DNA of 64,000 nucleotides, taken from Deltaproteobacteria bacterium. GTDB lineage: Bacteria > Desulfobacterota > Desulfuromonadia > Desulfuromonadales > BM103. Positions 34,657 through 45,453 of this stretch are shown here, piece by piece (position 1 is the first letter of the stretch; each line of letters starts with the position of its first letter). Made by a program: the position numbers and the translations under genes. The stretch spans positions 652-64,651 of the forward strand of contig JAJRRB010000039.1 of assembly GCA_024279915.1 (NCBI GenBank), read 5' to 3'. Below the pieces are notes generated by a model, which was not told where the DNA came from, did no database searches, and worked only from the letters and a program-made list of their open reading frames with translations.

Positions 34657-37218
34657 ATGCTGGAACGCTACAAACCCTTGGAAATTGAGAAAAAATGGCA
34701 GGACCAGTGGCTGGAAAATCAGCCGTGGAAAGTTTCCGAGGGTGGTAATAAACCGAAATATTATCTTCTGGAGATGTTCCCGTATCCGTCTGGTCGTATT
34801 CATATGGGACACGTACGGAATTACTCAATAGGTGATGTTGTTGCTCGTTTCAAGCGTCTGCAGGGTTACAATGTCCTGCATCCGATGGGCTGGGATGCTT
34901 GTGGAATGCCAGCAGAGAATGCTGCTATCCAGCATGGAACTCACCCTGCGATATGGACGAAAGACAATATTGCTAATATGCGGACCCAACTTAAACGTAT
35001 GGGGCTTTCCTACGACTGGAGCCGGGAGTTGGCGACCTGCGAACCTGATTATTATCGCTGGGAACAACTGATCTTTCTGAAGATGTTTGAGAAAGGTCTG
35101 GCCTATAAAAAGAGTGCTGCTGTTAACTGGTGCCCACAGTGTGAGACGGTTCTGGCCAATGAACAGGTAGAGGAAGAGTGTTGCTGGCGTTGCGAGAACA
35201 AGGTTGAGCAGAAAGAGCTCGACCAGTGGTTCTTCCGAATCACCTCTTATGCAGAGGAATTGCTTGAGTGCACCGAAAAGTTACCTGGCTGGCCTGATTC
35301 CGTACTGACGATGCAGCGTAACTGGATTGGCAAGAGCACGGGTGCTGAGATCGAATTTGCTGTTGAGGGTCAAGCTGAAACCGTACGGGTTTTTACCACG
35401 CGTCCTGATACATTGTTTGGTGCCACCTTCATGAGTCTGGCCTCAGAGCATCCTCTGGTAGAGGCTCTTACGGTGCCTGATCGTAGCGAAGAAGTCGCAG
35501 AATTTATCAAAAAAGTACAGAATATCGACCAGGCCCAACGCTCAACTGATGACTATGAGAAAGAGGGTGTCTTTACCGGGTCCTACTGTATTAACCCAAT
35601 GAATGGAGCAAAAATGCCTGTGTACCTGGCTAATTTTGTCCTCATGGGCTATGGCACCGGGGCTGTCATGGCTGTACCGACACATGATCAGCGTGATTTT
35701 GAGTTTGCGCGAAAGTACGACCTGCCGATGCAAGTGGTTATTCAACCTGAAGGTGAGGCTCTCAACCCTGCGACGATGACTGAGGCCTGGGAAGGACCGG
35801 GAACGATGGTCAACTCAGGTGACTTCGATGGTCTTGCTAATAATATCGGCAAAGAGAAAATCTCAGAGGCTCTGGAAACACAGGGAGCTGGGCAGAACTC
35901 GGTCAATTACCGCATACGCGACTGGCTGGTGTCGAGGCAGCGTTATTGGGGAACGCCGATTCCAGTTATCTATTGTAACGATTGCGGAGCAGTGCCGGTT
36001 CCCGAACAAGACCTGCCGGTGAAGTTGCCGATTGATATAGAGTTTACCGGTGAGGGCGGTAGCCCCCTGGCAAAGCTTGAGTCTTTTGTGAATACTTCAT
36101 GCCCACAATGTGGACAACCGGCCAGGCGAGAGACGGATACCTTTGACACTTTTGTTGAAAGCTCCTGGTATTTTCTTCGCTATGCCAGCCCGCATTGTGA
36201 GACGTCGCCTGTCGATGCGGCTGCCGTCGATTACTGGCTGCCAGCAGATCAGTATATTGGTGGTGTAGAACATGCCGTCATGCACCTTCTTTATGCACGT
36301 TTCTGGACTAAAATCTTGCGTGATCTGGAGATGATCTCGCTTGATGAACCTTTTGAGAACCTGCTGACGCAGGGGATGGTCTGTATGGAAACCAGCTCCT
36401 GTCCGGAACATGGCTGGCTCTATCCTGAAGAGATAGAAAATGGTCGTTGTTCCCGTTGTCAGGCCGAAGTTGTTTCAGGGCGCAACGAAAAAATGAGTAA
36501 GTCCAAGAAGAACGTGATTGATCCTGATGGGCTTATCAAACGATATGGTGCTGATACTGCGCGTCTTTTTACTCTTTTTGCCGCGCCTCCGGAAAAAGAC
36601 CTCGAATGGAATGATCAAGGGGTGGAGGGGTGCTTCCGCTTTTTGAACCGGGTTTGGCGTCTGGTGTATGACAACCTTGCCACGATTGATGAGGTTGCTG
36701 GCATTGATGCCGGAAAGTTGACGCCTGCGGCGAAGGACCTGCGTCGACTGGTTCATCGCACGATTAAAAAGGTAACTGAGGATATCGACGGTAGTTTTCA
36801 CTTTAATACTGCGATAGCCGCTGTTATGGAGCTGGTTAATGGTATCTCCGTTGCTCCTGATAAAGAAGCGGCACCGGAAGTTTTGCGTGAGGCAATCGAA
36901 TCAGTTGTCCGCCTGATGGCACCATTTGTGCCTCATATTTGTGAAGAGTTGTGGCAGGAACTTGGCTATGAGGACTCTCTGGAAGAGTGTGGATGGCCGG
37001 TTTGGGATGAAGATGCGTTGCTCGCCGATACTCTTCTGATCGTTGTACAGGTCAATGGTAAAGTCCGTGGCAAAGTGACAGTACCTGCCGATGCAGGCAA
37101 GGATGCAGTAGAAGCGGCAGCTTTGGCCGACACGAATGTCATTCGTTTTATTGAGGGCAAAATAGTTCGTAAGGTGATAGTTGTCCCTGGTCGACTCGTC
37201 AACATCGTCGTAGGATAA
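34657..37218 (+). CDS. leuS: Leucine--tRNA ligase
   Basis: 853 aa with the HIGH-type motif ([12 protein letters not shown]), the KMSKS motif ([10 protein letters not shown]), and a CP1 editing region. Confidence 0.97.
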   Translation: MLERYKPLEIEKKWQDQWLENQPWKVSEGGNKPKYYLLEMFPYPSGRIHMGHVRNYSIGDVVARFKRLQGYNVLHPMGWDACGMPAENAAIQHGTHPAIWTKDNIANMRTQLKRMGLSYDWSRELATCEPDYYRWEQLIFLKMFEKGLAYKKSAAVNWCPQCETVLANEQVEEECCWRCENKVEQKELDQWFFRITSYAEELLECTEKLPGWPDSVLTMQRNWIGKSTGAEIEFAVEGQAETVRVFTTRPDTLFGATFMSLASEHPLVEALTVPDRSEEVAEFIKKVQNIDQAQRSTDDYEKEGVFTGSYCINPMNGAKMPVYLANFVLMGYGTGAVMAVPTHDQRDFEFARKYDLPMQVVIQPEGEALNPATMTEAWEGPGTMVNSGDFDGLANNIGKEKISEALETQGAGQNSVNYRIRDWLVSRQRYWGTPIPVIYCNDCGAVPVPEQDLPVKLPIDIEFTGEGGSPLAKLESFVNTSCPQCGQPARRETDTFDTFVESSWYFLRYASPHCETSPVDAAAVDYWLPADQYIGGVEHAVMHLLYARFWTKILRDLEMISLDEPFENLLTQGMVCMETSSCPEHGWLYPEEIENGRCSRCQAEVVSGRNEKMSKSKKNVIDPDGLIKRYGADTARLFTLFAAPPEKDLEWNDQGVEGCFRFLNRVWRLVYDNLATIDEVAGIDAGKLTPAAKDLRRLVHRTIKKVTEDIDGSFHFNTAIAAVMELVNGISVAPDKEAAPEVLREAIESVVRLMAPFVPHICEELWQELGYEDSLEECGWPVWDEDALLADTLLIVVQVNGKVRGKVTVPADAGKDAVEAAALADTNVIRFIEGKIVRKVIVVPGRLVNIVVG

Positions 37219-37223
37219 AGCCC

Positions 37224-37748
37224 ATGCGTATTGTTTCAATCCTCCCTGCCATTGCTATCCTCTTTATTGCTCTCATAGCAGGGTGTGGTTATCATACGCC
37301 CGATTCGTCAGATAGCTGGGTTGGTGGTGATGCACGCATTCTCTACCTGCAGCTATTTGAAAATCAGACAACAGAACCGTACCTTGAGAACTATATTACC
37401 GATGCTCTGGTTGCTGAGTTAGCCAGAACGAGACTTTTGGAGTTGACAGAGGATCCAGCCTTAGCAGAGGTTCGGTTGGTTGGAGAGGTGAAAGATTTGC
37501 GTAGCACTGCCCGTGCCTACGGTACATCTGACCAGATAACGGATTATCTGGCAACAATGACACTGTCCGTAAGGCTTCTGGATAAAGAGAGTAACGAAAT
37601 CCTCTGGCAGGGCAATTTAAAGCGTAGTGAAGATTACCTGGCCACGGTTAATAAGAACCTGCAACTTGAAGGTGAACGTCAGGCTGCACGTCAGGTTTCG
37701 AAACGACTTGCCGAAGACATCTACAGTAATCTGTTGAACAGTTTCTGA
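37224..37748 (+). CDS. lptE: LPS-assembly lipoprotein LptE-like
   Basis: The lipobox is LIAGC. The size (~174 aa) and the conserved leuS-lptE-holA gene order support the call, but the sequence itself is weakly diagnostic. Confidence 0.6.
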   Translation: MRIVSILPAIAILFIALIAGCGYHTPDSSDSWVGGDARILYLQLFENQTTEPYLENYITDALVAELARTRLLELTEDPALAEVRLVGEVKDLRSTARAYGTSDQITDYLATMTLSVRLLDKESNEILWQGNLKRSEDYLATVNKNLQLEGERQAARQVSKRLAEDIYSNLLNSF

Positions 37749-37762
37749 GGTCCTTCTCCCTA

Positions 37763-38767
37763 ATGTCTTTAAATCAATTGCGAAATATCATTCAGGCCGG
37801 ATCTCTTCCCGGCCTGATTTTGCTTTATGGGCAGGAATCCTATTTTGTTGAAGAAGGGCTTCGGGCTATCCGTGATGCTGTTGTGCTTCCGGAGAACCGG
37901 GATTTCAACCTGACTCAGTTTTATGGACGAGATTTCAAGGCCATTGATATTGTTGAACAGGCCAGAACTTTTCCGGTTTTTTCCGATCGTCGTCTGGTTA
38001 TAATCAAAAACATTGACGAGGCTTCAGCAGACCAAATGGATGGTTTACTCTCTTATGTCGAGGATCCGGTTCCGGAAACTGTGTTGTTGCTGACTGCTGA
38101 GAAGATTGACGCCCGCCGTAAGTTTTATCAAGTTCTCAAAAAGACTGGCACAGCAATCGAATTTAAGAAAATCTATGACAACCAGTTGCCATCATTTGTT
38201 CGTGATCTGGCTAAATCATTTAATGTGACTTTGACTGGTGGCGCCTTGAAACTCTTCTGCAAAAGAGTTGGCACAAATCTCGTTGAAGTTCAGGGAGAAC
38301 TGGAAAAACTGGTTGGTTATCTTGGTGAACGTGACCTCGCTGATGAGAAAGATGTTGCTGCGATTGTTTCTGATACTCGCATTGAAAGTGTGTTTGATCT
38401 AACGGATGCTTTGGGGCAAGGTGATAGTTCCACAGCTTTGCAACTGCTTGATCGTCTGCTGACAGAAGGGCAGGCTCCACTCATGGTCCTGGCTATGATG
38501 ACCCGGCATTTCAGGCAAATGTGGAAGATTCGTGAGCTGATTGCTCAGAAAGTGTCACAAAGCGAATTCCCGAAAAGGGTTGGCGTCAGTCCCTATTTTC
38601 TAAAAGGTTTGATGCAGCAGGCATGCAGGTTTGAAAATCAGCATTATCGTCAGGTGTTTAATGCCTTCCTGATAACGGATCTGGCTTTGAAGTCAAGTGG
38701 CAGTGTGCCGAGAATGTGTATGGAGACGCTGGTTCTTGAGATTGCTGATCTAGGGAAAAGTAGATAA
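37763..38767 (+). CDS. holA: DNA polymerase III delta subunit
   Basis: 334 aa, with LILLYGQESYFVEE near the N-terminus and the typical position after lptE. Confidence 0.8.
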   Translation: MSLNQLRNIIQAGSLPGLILLYGQESYFVEEGLRAIRDAVVLPENRDFNLTQFYGRDFKAIDIVEQARTFPVFSDRRLVIIKNIDEASADQMDGLLSYVEDPVPETVLLLTAEKIDARRKFYQVLKKTGTAIEFKKIYDNQLPSFVRDLAKSFNVTLTGGALKLFCKRVGTNLVEVQGELEKLVGYLGERDLADEKDVAAIVSDTRIESVFDLTDALGQGDSSTALQLLDRLLTEGQAPLMVLAMMTRHFRQMWKIRELIAQKVSQSEFPKRVGVSPYFLKGLMQQACRFENQHYRQVFNAFLITDLALKSSGSVPRMCMETLVLEIADLGKSR

Positions 38768-38797
38768 AAAGGGAGCCCCTGCTTTCAGGTGCTCCCC
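38766..38797 (-). terminator. Rho-independent terminator of rpsT (GGGAGC-loop-GCTCCC followed by T5 on the minus strand)
   Basis: The reverse complement reads GGGGAGCACCTGAAAGCAGGGGCTCCCTTTTTATC. Confidence 0.6.
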
Positions 38798-38822
38798 TTG
38801 TCACTTGTTCTTTACGATTTAT

Positions 38823-39095
38823 TTATTCAGCAGCACTAGTGCTGCTGACAAGTTTGGTCAGACGGCTGATTTTGCGGCTTGCTGTTGCTTTGTGAATGAC
38901 ACCTTTGGTGGCTGCTTTGTCGATGTAAGGGACAACTTTTTCAAGGAGAGTCTTTGCGGTCTCTACGTCACCCTCAGTACTGGCAATACGAAGCTTTTTT
39001 ACCAGGCTACGCATGGTTGATCGGATATGAGTGTTGCGAGCATTGCGGATTTTATTTTGACGATTACGTTTCTCTGCTGATTTGTGATTAGCCAC
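38823..39095 (-). CDS. rpsT: 30S ribosomal protein S20
   Basis: MANHKSAEKRNRQNKIRNARN... 90 aa, basic. Confidence 0.95.
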   Translation of the reverse strand: MANHKSAEKRNRQNKIRNARNTHIRSTMRSLVKKLRIASTEGDVETAKTLLEKVVPYIDKAATKGVIHKATASRKISRLTKLVSSTSAAE

Positions 39096-39282
39096 TTTTG
39101 TTTCCTCCGGAACTGTTTCCTGTGTGTATTATTGTTTGAGCGTCAGATTTATATCATTCGTCGAGGACCTAGTCAAGATAAAAAGATTCCAATATAGAAA
39201 AAAATATCGTTAAATATAAGTATGTTATGAATGGATTTTGGGGGATTAATGAAAAATAATACTATATCTTGGGTAAAGCAGA

Positions 39283-40875
39283 GTGTCTGTCGTTAACCAC
39301 GAAAAGAAACAGATAGCCAAAGCAGCCAGCGTGCTTACCGTAGCGACCATGATCAGTCGAGTTGCTGGGCTGGTTCGTGACATGGTTGTCGCTGCGGTTT
39401 TTGGTGCCGGTTTAGTGACGGATGCTTTCTGTGTCGCGTTTACACTTCCCAACCTGTTGCGCAGGTTCTTCGCAGAAGGGTCGCTTACCGCTGCATTTGT
39501 ACCGACATTTACCGATGTCTTGCAGCAAGAAGGAACTGATGAAGCCCGCCGGGTCGTGCGCATCTGCTGGACGCTGTTACTCCTGGTCCTTGCAGGTGTG
39601 ACTCTAATCGGTATCCTTTCCTCTCCCTGGCTGGTTAAGTTGATCGGCTATGGTTTTTCCGGTAGTGCCGGAAAATTGGCTCTGACAGATCTTCTCAACA
39701 GGTTAATGTTCCCATATATCTTCTTTGTCAGTCTGGTCGCTCTCTTCGCAGGTGTGTTGAATGTTTCAGGACATTTCCTTTTGCCTGCGCTTTCCCCGGT
39801 TATGCTGAATCTGGCCATGATCGGCTCTGCGTTGGTGCTTGCGCCAAGAATGGAACAACCGATCATCGCACTGGCCTGCGGTGTCCTGATCGGTGGAGCT
39901 GTCCAGTTTGCCATGCAAATTCCTGTACTCTATCGCTTTGGCTATGATTTACGTCTTGATTTTAATTTCCGTCATACCGCTGTCGTCAGGGTCGCTAAAC
40001 TTATGTTGCCGGGGATTTTCGGGGTCGCCATCTATCAGGTTAACGTGGTCGTTACGCGTCTGTTAGCCTCTTTCCTGCAAGAGGGAAGTGTGTCCTGGCT
40101 CTATTATGGTCAGCGGCTCTTTGAATTCCCACAAGGGGTTTTTATCGTTTCTCTGGCGCAGGCTATCCTGCCAGCCATGAGTCGTCAGGCTGCGGCTGAT
40201 GATATGGACGGTTTCCGTGAATCACTTCGCTTTGCACTAGTTCTGATCCTGTTGGTTACAATCCCTGCCACTTTGGGTTTGATCCTCTGTAACCAGGCCG
40301 TTTACAGCCTCTTCTTTATGCGTGGAAGTTTCTCTTCCTTTGATGTCTCGCAAGCGGGGCTCGCGTTAGCATGGTACGCTCCGGCACTTCTTTTCGTTGG
40401 CATCAGCCGTGTCATTGTACCATCCTTTTACGCGATGAAGGACACACGCACCCCGGTCCTGGTCTCATTCTGGACACTTTTGGTGAATGTTGTCGCCGGG
40501 CTTTTGTTAATGCAAACAATGGGACATGCAGGACTGGCTCTCGCCTTGACTATCGCTTCTGTTTTTAATGCTGTTGTCCTGACTCTGCTTCTATCGAGAC
40601 GTCTTGGCGATCTTAACTTGTCGACTATTCCACGTACTCTGGTCCGTATGGTTCCAGGGTTATGTCTCATGACTGTCGTTGTGTCGCTGCTGCTTGCCCA
40701 GGTTGACTGGTTGACTCCAGGACCTTTTGTAACGCGTTCTGCTTGGCTTGGCTCTGCGGTTTTATGTGGCTGCCTGGTTTATGTTGTCAGCCTTTGGTTG
40801 TTTGGCATCAAAGAGATAAAACAGGCCTGGGCAATGCTGGCAAAAAAACTTTCTTTACCATCTTTTGAAGGATGA
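39283..40875 (+). CDS. murJ: Lipid II flippase MurJ (MviN)
   Basis: 530 aa with ~14 TM helices. The N-terminal motif is TMISRVAGLVRDMVVAAVFGAG..TDAF.VAF.LPNLLRR.FAEG. GTG start. Confidence 0.9.
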   Translation: MSVVNHEKKQIAKAASVLTVATMISRVAGLVRDMVVAAVFGAGLVTDAFCVAFTLPNLLRRFFAEGSLTAAFVPTFTDVLQQEGTDEARRVVRICWTLLLLVLAGVTLIGILSSPWLVKLIGYGFSGSAGKLALTDLLNRLMFPYIFFVSLVALFAGVLNVSGHFLLPALSPVMLNLAMIGSALVLAPRMEQPIIALACGVLIGGAVQFAMQIPVLYRFGYDLRLDFNFRHTAVVRVAKLMLPGIFGVAIYQVNVVVTRLLASFLQEGSVSWLYYGQRLFEFPQGVFIVSLAQAILPAMSRQAAADDMDGFRESLRFALVLILLVTIPATLGLILCNQAVYSLFFMRGSFSSFDVSQAGLALAWYAPALLFVGISRVIVPSFYAMKDTRTPVLVSFWTLLVNVVAGLLLMQTMGHAGLALALTIASVFNAVVLTLLLSRRLGDLNLSTIPRTLVRMVPGLCLMTVVVSLLLAQVDWLTPGPFVTRSAWLGSAVLCGCLVYVVSLWLFGIKEIKQAWAMLAKKLSLPSFEG

Positions 40876-40878
40876 CAA

Positions 40879-41385
40879 GTGGTGAATGAACGTTGGGATA
40901 TGGTATCGTTTGAATGTGGCAGTGTTGCTGTTGTTGCGAGCGGAGAACGTTTAGTCCGTATCTGTTTTGAATGCTCCCCTGATAATGTCTATTCGTCAAT
41001 CAACTGCTTTCATCCAAAGGCAGAACAGGGTTGTCAGCCGCTGATAGATGAAGGCTTGAAGCAACTTACGGAGTATTTTCTTGGTAAACGCCGTATTTTC
41101 ACTCTGCCGTTAGATAATGGTGCACTGACCCCTTTTGCCTGCAAGGTTCAACAAGCGTTGCTCAAGGTGCCTTATGGATCGGTCATCTCCTATGGTGCCC
41201 TGGCGATTGTGGCAGGCTCTCCAAGGGCAGCCAGGGCTGTTGGTGGTGTTATGTCATCGAACCCTTTTCCGTTGGTTGTACCGTGTCATCGTGTTGTGAA
41301 TGCCGATGGCCGTATTGGTCAATATTCAGCGGCGCACGGCACCAAGACCAAAGCCTGGTTGATCGACTTTGAACGTGCCAGCTAG
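40879..41385 (+). CDS. ogt: Methylated-DNA--protein-cysteine methyltransferase
   Basis: The active site VPCHRVV is preceded by YGSVISYGALA...ARAVGGVMSSNP. The start is uncertain (GTG 40879 or ATG 40900). Confidence 0.85.
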   Translation: MVNERWDMVSFECGSVAVVASGERLVRICFECSPDNVYSSINCFHPKAEQGCQPLIDEGLKQLTEYFLGKRRIFTLPLDNGALTPFACKVQQALLKVPYGSVISYGALAIVAGSPRAARAVGGVMSSNPFPLVVPCHRVVNADGRIGQYSAAHGTKTKAWLIDFERAS

Positions 41386-41499
41386 TTTCTGGTTTCCAAA
41401 CCAGAAACGTACACTGTGCCCATACAGAGTTTCGAAATGGACACTAGAATTGTTGTTCTTACTCTGCAACACATTGACTTCAAGGTGATCATGCTTTAC

Positions 41500-42567
41500 A
41501 TGCGACGATTATACCTCTTTGCTATTATCCTTTGCCTTCTGTTCTTGAATGCCTGTAGTGAGAGTCAGTATCTCGCACAGTGTGTTGAAGGGCATTTGTC
41601 CATAATGTCGAAAGTAAAACCTATTGAAGATATTCTTGCGCAAGAAACCGAGCCACAGAACGTTCGTGACCAACTGACTAAAGTCGTCAAAATGCGAGAG
41701 TTTGCCATTCACTCACTGCATTTGCCGGATTCTGGCAGTTATAGAAAATACGCCGACCTTGGTCGACCTTACGTGGTTTGGAATCTGGTTGCTGCCCCCG
41801 AGTTCTCTCTCAAGCTTAATCAATGGTGTTTCCCTATTGCTGGTTGCGTTACCTACCGTGGCTATTTTGATGAGGCCTCAGCCGTAAAGATGGCGAAGGA
41901 TCTCTCGTCACAAGGTTACGATGTTGATGTCTACGGTGTGCAGGCCTATTCAACTCTCAATTGGTTTGATGACCCTGTTCTGAATACTTTTCTTACGGAT
42001 GACGATATCCGTTTAGCAACGCTCCTGTTTCATGAAATGTCCCACCAGGTGATCTACGTTAAGAATGACACCATTTTCAATGAATCTTTTGCCAAGACCG
42101 TAGAGATGGAAGGGTTGCGGCGTTGGTTGCAGGCATACGGTTCTCATGATTTTTGGCAACAATGCTTGCTGCGCGAAGCTCAATCTGCAAATTTTAACAA
42201 ATTCCTTGGAAAGGTTCGTGCGGAGTTACGCCAGGTCTATGCTTCTGAGCTTGATAATGACCAGAAACGTCTAGCGAAGCAGGACGTTATCATGCGTGCT
42301 TTTGATGAATACGAGCAGGTGAAGCAGAGCTGGAACGATTATGATGGCTTTGATCAGTGGATGAGTGGTGGTCTAAATAATGCTCGTTTGGCGTCCATGG
42401 CAACCTATTACGAACTGGTCCCGGCGTTTCAGATGTTGTTGCGGCAAGTTGATTCCGATCTGAATGAGTTTTATGTAAAAGTTAAAGCTCTTGGTTCTCT
42501 ACCTAAAAATGAACGTCATGCCAAGTTAGAGAAGATGTTGTCCAGCCTGTCGGATAATCAGGGCTGA
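41500..42567 (+). CDS. Predicted lipoprotein zinc aminopeptidase (DUF2265-type)
   Basis: Lipobox LFLNAC, the zinc motif LFHEMSHQV, and YRGYFD. The ORF is open from 41416. Confidence 0.65.
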   Translation: MRRLYLFAIILCLLFLNACSESQYLAQCVEGHLSIMSKVKPIEDILAQETEPQNVRDQLTKVVKMREFAIHSLHLPDSGSYRKYADLGRPYVVWNLVAAPEFSLKLNQWCFPIAGCVTYRGYFDEASAVKMAKDLSSQGYDVDVYGVQAYSTLNWFDDPVLNTFLTDDDIRLATLLFHEMSHQVIYVKNDTIFNESFAKTVEMEGLRRWLQAYGSHDFWQQCLLREAQSANFNKFLGKVRAELRQVYASELDNDQKRLAKQDVIMRAFDEYEQVKQSWNDYDGFDQWMSGGLNNARLASMATYYELVPAFQMLLRQVDSDLNEFYVKVKALGSLPKNERHAKLEKMLSSLSDNQG

Positions 42568-42871
42568 AGCGAAAATTTGAATGTTTGAGGCCAGATTTTG
42601 ACTCATTTGAGAGTAATAGCCGTAGCTATTGGTCGAAAAGGAGCTGAAATATGGACCAAATAGACGAATTTGCAGCCAGTTTATTGATTGTCCGATAGGC
42701 TGGTAGCCTCAAGGTTGCTCTTGATTCGTCTCCTCGCTAACTGATCTTCCTGGCCGACAATTTGTCTGATTAAGGCGAGAGCTTAGCTGCGGCTAATTAA
42801 CTTGAGTCTAATGCTATGGTATGTATAATGAGAATTAATACCATCCAGGGGATACCTTCCTAGGAGGATCT

Positions 42872-43630
42872 ATGCTTGGTGCCATTGCAGGAGATATCAT
42901 CGGTTCGCGGTTTGAGCACGCCAGGATCAAAAGCAAGGAATTTGAATTGTTCAATCGTCAAAGTGTTTTCACTGACGATACGGTTCTTACTATCGCTGTC
43001 GCAGACAGCCTTCTGCATAAAATCCCCTACCACAAAAAGTTCCGCGAATATTTCCATTACTACCCAGCCGCCGGTTATGGTGGCCGATTCCGGCGCTGGG
43101 CCCGATCACCTAAACCCGCCCCCTATGGCAGTTACGGAAACGGTTCTGCTATGCGTGTCAGTCCCATTGCCTGGCACTATGATTCTTTATCTGATGTCCT
43201 CAATGAAGCGCTCCATAGTGCTGAAATGACACATAATCACCCGGAGGGGATCAAGGGTGCCCAAGCGGTTGCAGCCGCAATATATCTAGCACGCAAAGGC
43301 TCCAGTAAAGATGAAATCAAGTCTTATATAGAAGAGCAGTTCAACTACGATCTCTCCTCAAACATCAATGCCATCAGAGAGAATTACGGCTTTGAAATCT
43401 CCTGCCAGAAGTCAGTGCCACAAGCTATTATTGCGTTCCTTGAGTCGATTGATTTCGAGGATGCGGTTCGTAATGCTGTTTCTCTGGGCGGGGATAGTGA
43501 TACTTTGGCCTGTATGGCCGGGGGAATTGCTGAGGCGTTTTATGGCGGTATTCCCACCGATATTGCAGAAGAGACACTTCGCAGGCTTGATGAACGCATG
43601 AATGATATCTACACGCAATTCACTCATTGA
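42872..43630 (+). CDS. ADP-ribosylglycohydrolase family protein
   Basis: MLGAIAGDIIGSRFE, TDDTVLT, HNHPEG, and GGDSDTLACMAGGIAEAFYG are the ARH/DraG-family metal-binding motifs. Confidence 0.8.
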   Translation: MLGAIAGDIIGSRFEHARIKSKEFELFNRQSVFTDDTVLTIAVADSLLHKIPYHKKFREYFHYYPAAGYGGRFRRWARSPKPAPYGSYGNGSAMRVSPIAWHYDSLSDVLNEALHSAEMTHNHPEGIKGAQAVAAAIYLARKGSSKDEIKSYIEEQFNYDLSSNINAIRENYGFEISCQKSVPQAIIAFLESIDFEDAVRNAVSLGGDSDTLACMAGGIAEAFYGGIPTDIAEETLRRLDERMNDIYTQFTH

Positions 43631-43702
43631 TGAGTTGTCGAAGCAGTTGCTTAACCGTTGGCTGAGAAGGTTTGTACGCGAAGGGTGTTTCCGCAGGATG
43701 TT

Positions 43703-43746
43703 AAAATGGGGCAGTTTACTCTGAATCAGTAAACTGCCCCGTTTTT
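43703..43746. terminator. Bidirectional rho-independent terminator (GGGGCAGTTTACT-7 nt-AGTAAACTGCCCC flanked by A4/T5)
   Basis: A perfect 13-bp stem lies between the convergent ARH and SH3b genes. Confidence 0.85.
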
Positions 43747-43758
43747 AATGGTATCAGA

Positions 43759-44208
43759 TCACTCGCCCCAAACCAGGAAGTCAACGATCCAGCCTTTTTT
43801 TAGATCGGCAGTTTGTATGAGCAGCCATTTTTCCTGTTTTTCAATGAGTTTTGCGGTCATTCCCTTTGAAAGCTGAAAGGAGACAGGATGGCTAGTGCCG
43901 GGACCCTGGCGAACATTGGCGCTGTCGCCAGTGACCACCACACCTTGTGTGTTGCTCAACAGTGAACGATGTACCCATCCGCTACGGCCGCGATAATCCT
44001 TGACCTTGTAATAGTCAGCGCCTTTCTCAACAACTGTCAACGGAGAGTAGGGGAGGAGCTTGGCAACAACCTTGGAAGCCATCGCGTTTGGTGCAGAACG
44101 CATCTCTGTGCCTGATAAGCCAACAGACATATTCTCTGCATAACTGGTTGATAGGGTTGCAAAGCATGCCAGCATGATTAAGCATGCCAAGGCAGTATAT
44201 TTTTTCAT
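43759..44208 (-). CDS. Secreted tandem bacterial SH3 (SH3b) domain protein
   Basis: A signal peptide (MKKYTALACLIMLACFATLSTSYA) is followed by two repeats of the ..R..P......V.......L.V......(W/Y)..V.....GW(V/I).. pattern. Confidence 0.7.
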   Translation of the reverse strand: MKKYTALACLIMLACFATLSTSYAENMSVGLSGTEMRSAPNAMASKVVAKLLPYSPLTVVEKGADYYKVKDYRGRSGWVHRSLLSNTQGVVVTGDSANVRQGPGTSHPVSFQLSKGMTAKLIEKQEKWLLIQTADLKKGWIVDFLVWGE

Positions 44209-44356
44209 GGGGCTCTCCTCTGATTGATTGAATATGATTTAAAAATAATCATGCTAAGATAGTCTATCTTCTGATAATTTCAATTAAAAAATCAATATGA
44301 AACGAGCCTATTGAAAATCATCCATAGATAAAGAAGAAAATCACTATGTCCAATTT

Positions 44357-44701
44357 ATGATTTTTGTTTGTTTTGGTTTTCTTCTATACGTCAAAACATT
44401 TGGCCATGCTTGGACGTTTGATGATTATTTTGTCATTTTAAACAATCTGGATATACGTTCAATTAAGGACTTTATTAATATTGAGTATCCGGGGAGACCG
44501 TTACGTGAATTGAGTGCCATGCTCGATTACAAACTGTTCGGTTTTGATCCAAAATATTAGCATATCCAGAATTGTCTCATCCATTTGATAAATGCCTGGC
44601 TGATTTACCTTCTGTTGATGAATTTATCCAGATCAAAGCTTTTGTCCTGGCTGAGTTCCTTGTTCTTTGCGAGACAGAAAAGCTTTTGCCTACCTCTATA
44701 A
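44357..44701 (+). pseudogene. Truncated remnant of a TMTC/DUF1736-like (PMT_2-type) membrane protein with an in-frame TAG at 44558
   Basis: ..FGHAWTFDDYFVILNNLDIRS...LFGFDPKY*HIQNCLIHLINAWLIYLLL.. matches the N-terminal F.YDD..I..N ... G..P.gYH..N...H..N pattern of these large TPR-containing proteins. Only ~113 codons remain before a second stop at 44699. Confidence 0.5.
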
Positions 44702-44896
44702 GTTGTACGTAGAATTTATCTTGTTGATGAACAATTTTGTGTGCAATAGATAAGCAACTATTGTTTGGACTTGCCTAGTTTGTGAACATAGTGTGTTCCC
44801 CATGCATGATTTATTCTCAGAGTTAAATTTGCTTGTCGATGAAAAAGTCTGGCAAAGTCAGTCAGTTATCTCCTTTCGTCAGTTTGCCTCACGTTT

Positions 44897-44912
44897 AGGC
44901 AAGCAATTTGCT
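44897..44912 (+). promoter_or_regulatory. Candidate sigma54 (-24/-12) promoter upstream of glnB-glnA
   Basis: AGGCAAGCAATTTGCT compared with the consensus TGGCAC-N5-TTGCW: GG and GC sit at the canonical 12-nt offset. It lies ~130 nt upstream of the glnB ATG. Confidence 0.45.
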
Positions 44913-44966
44913 ATTGATCGGGGGGTGCCGGGTCTGATAGATGCCTAGACCTAGGCTCAAAGATGA

Positions 44967-45380
<414 letters not shown>

Positions 45381-45453
45381 AGTTTAGCAGGCCATTCCAT
45401 ATAACTTAAAATCAGTAGTTAAAGACATTATTCTAAAGGAGAAAGTGAAAACG

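Noticed and set aside
42642-42705. Micro-ORF MDQIDEFAASLLIVR with an AAGGAG RBS in the 42.6-kb intergenic region
   Set aside because: It has only 15 codons, no supporting conservation can be assessed, and it is easily explained by chance in AT-rich DNA.
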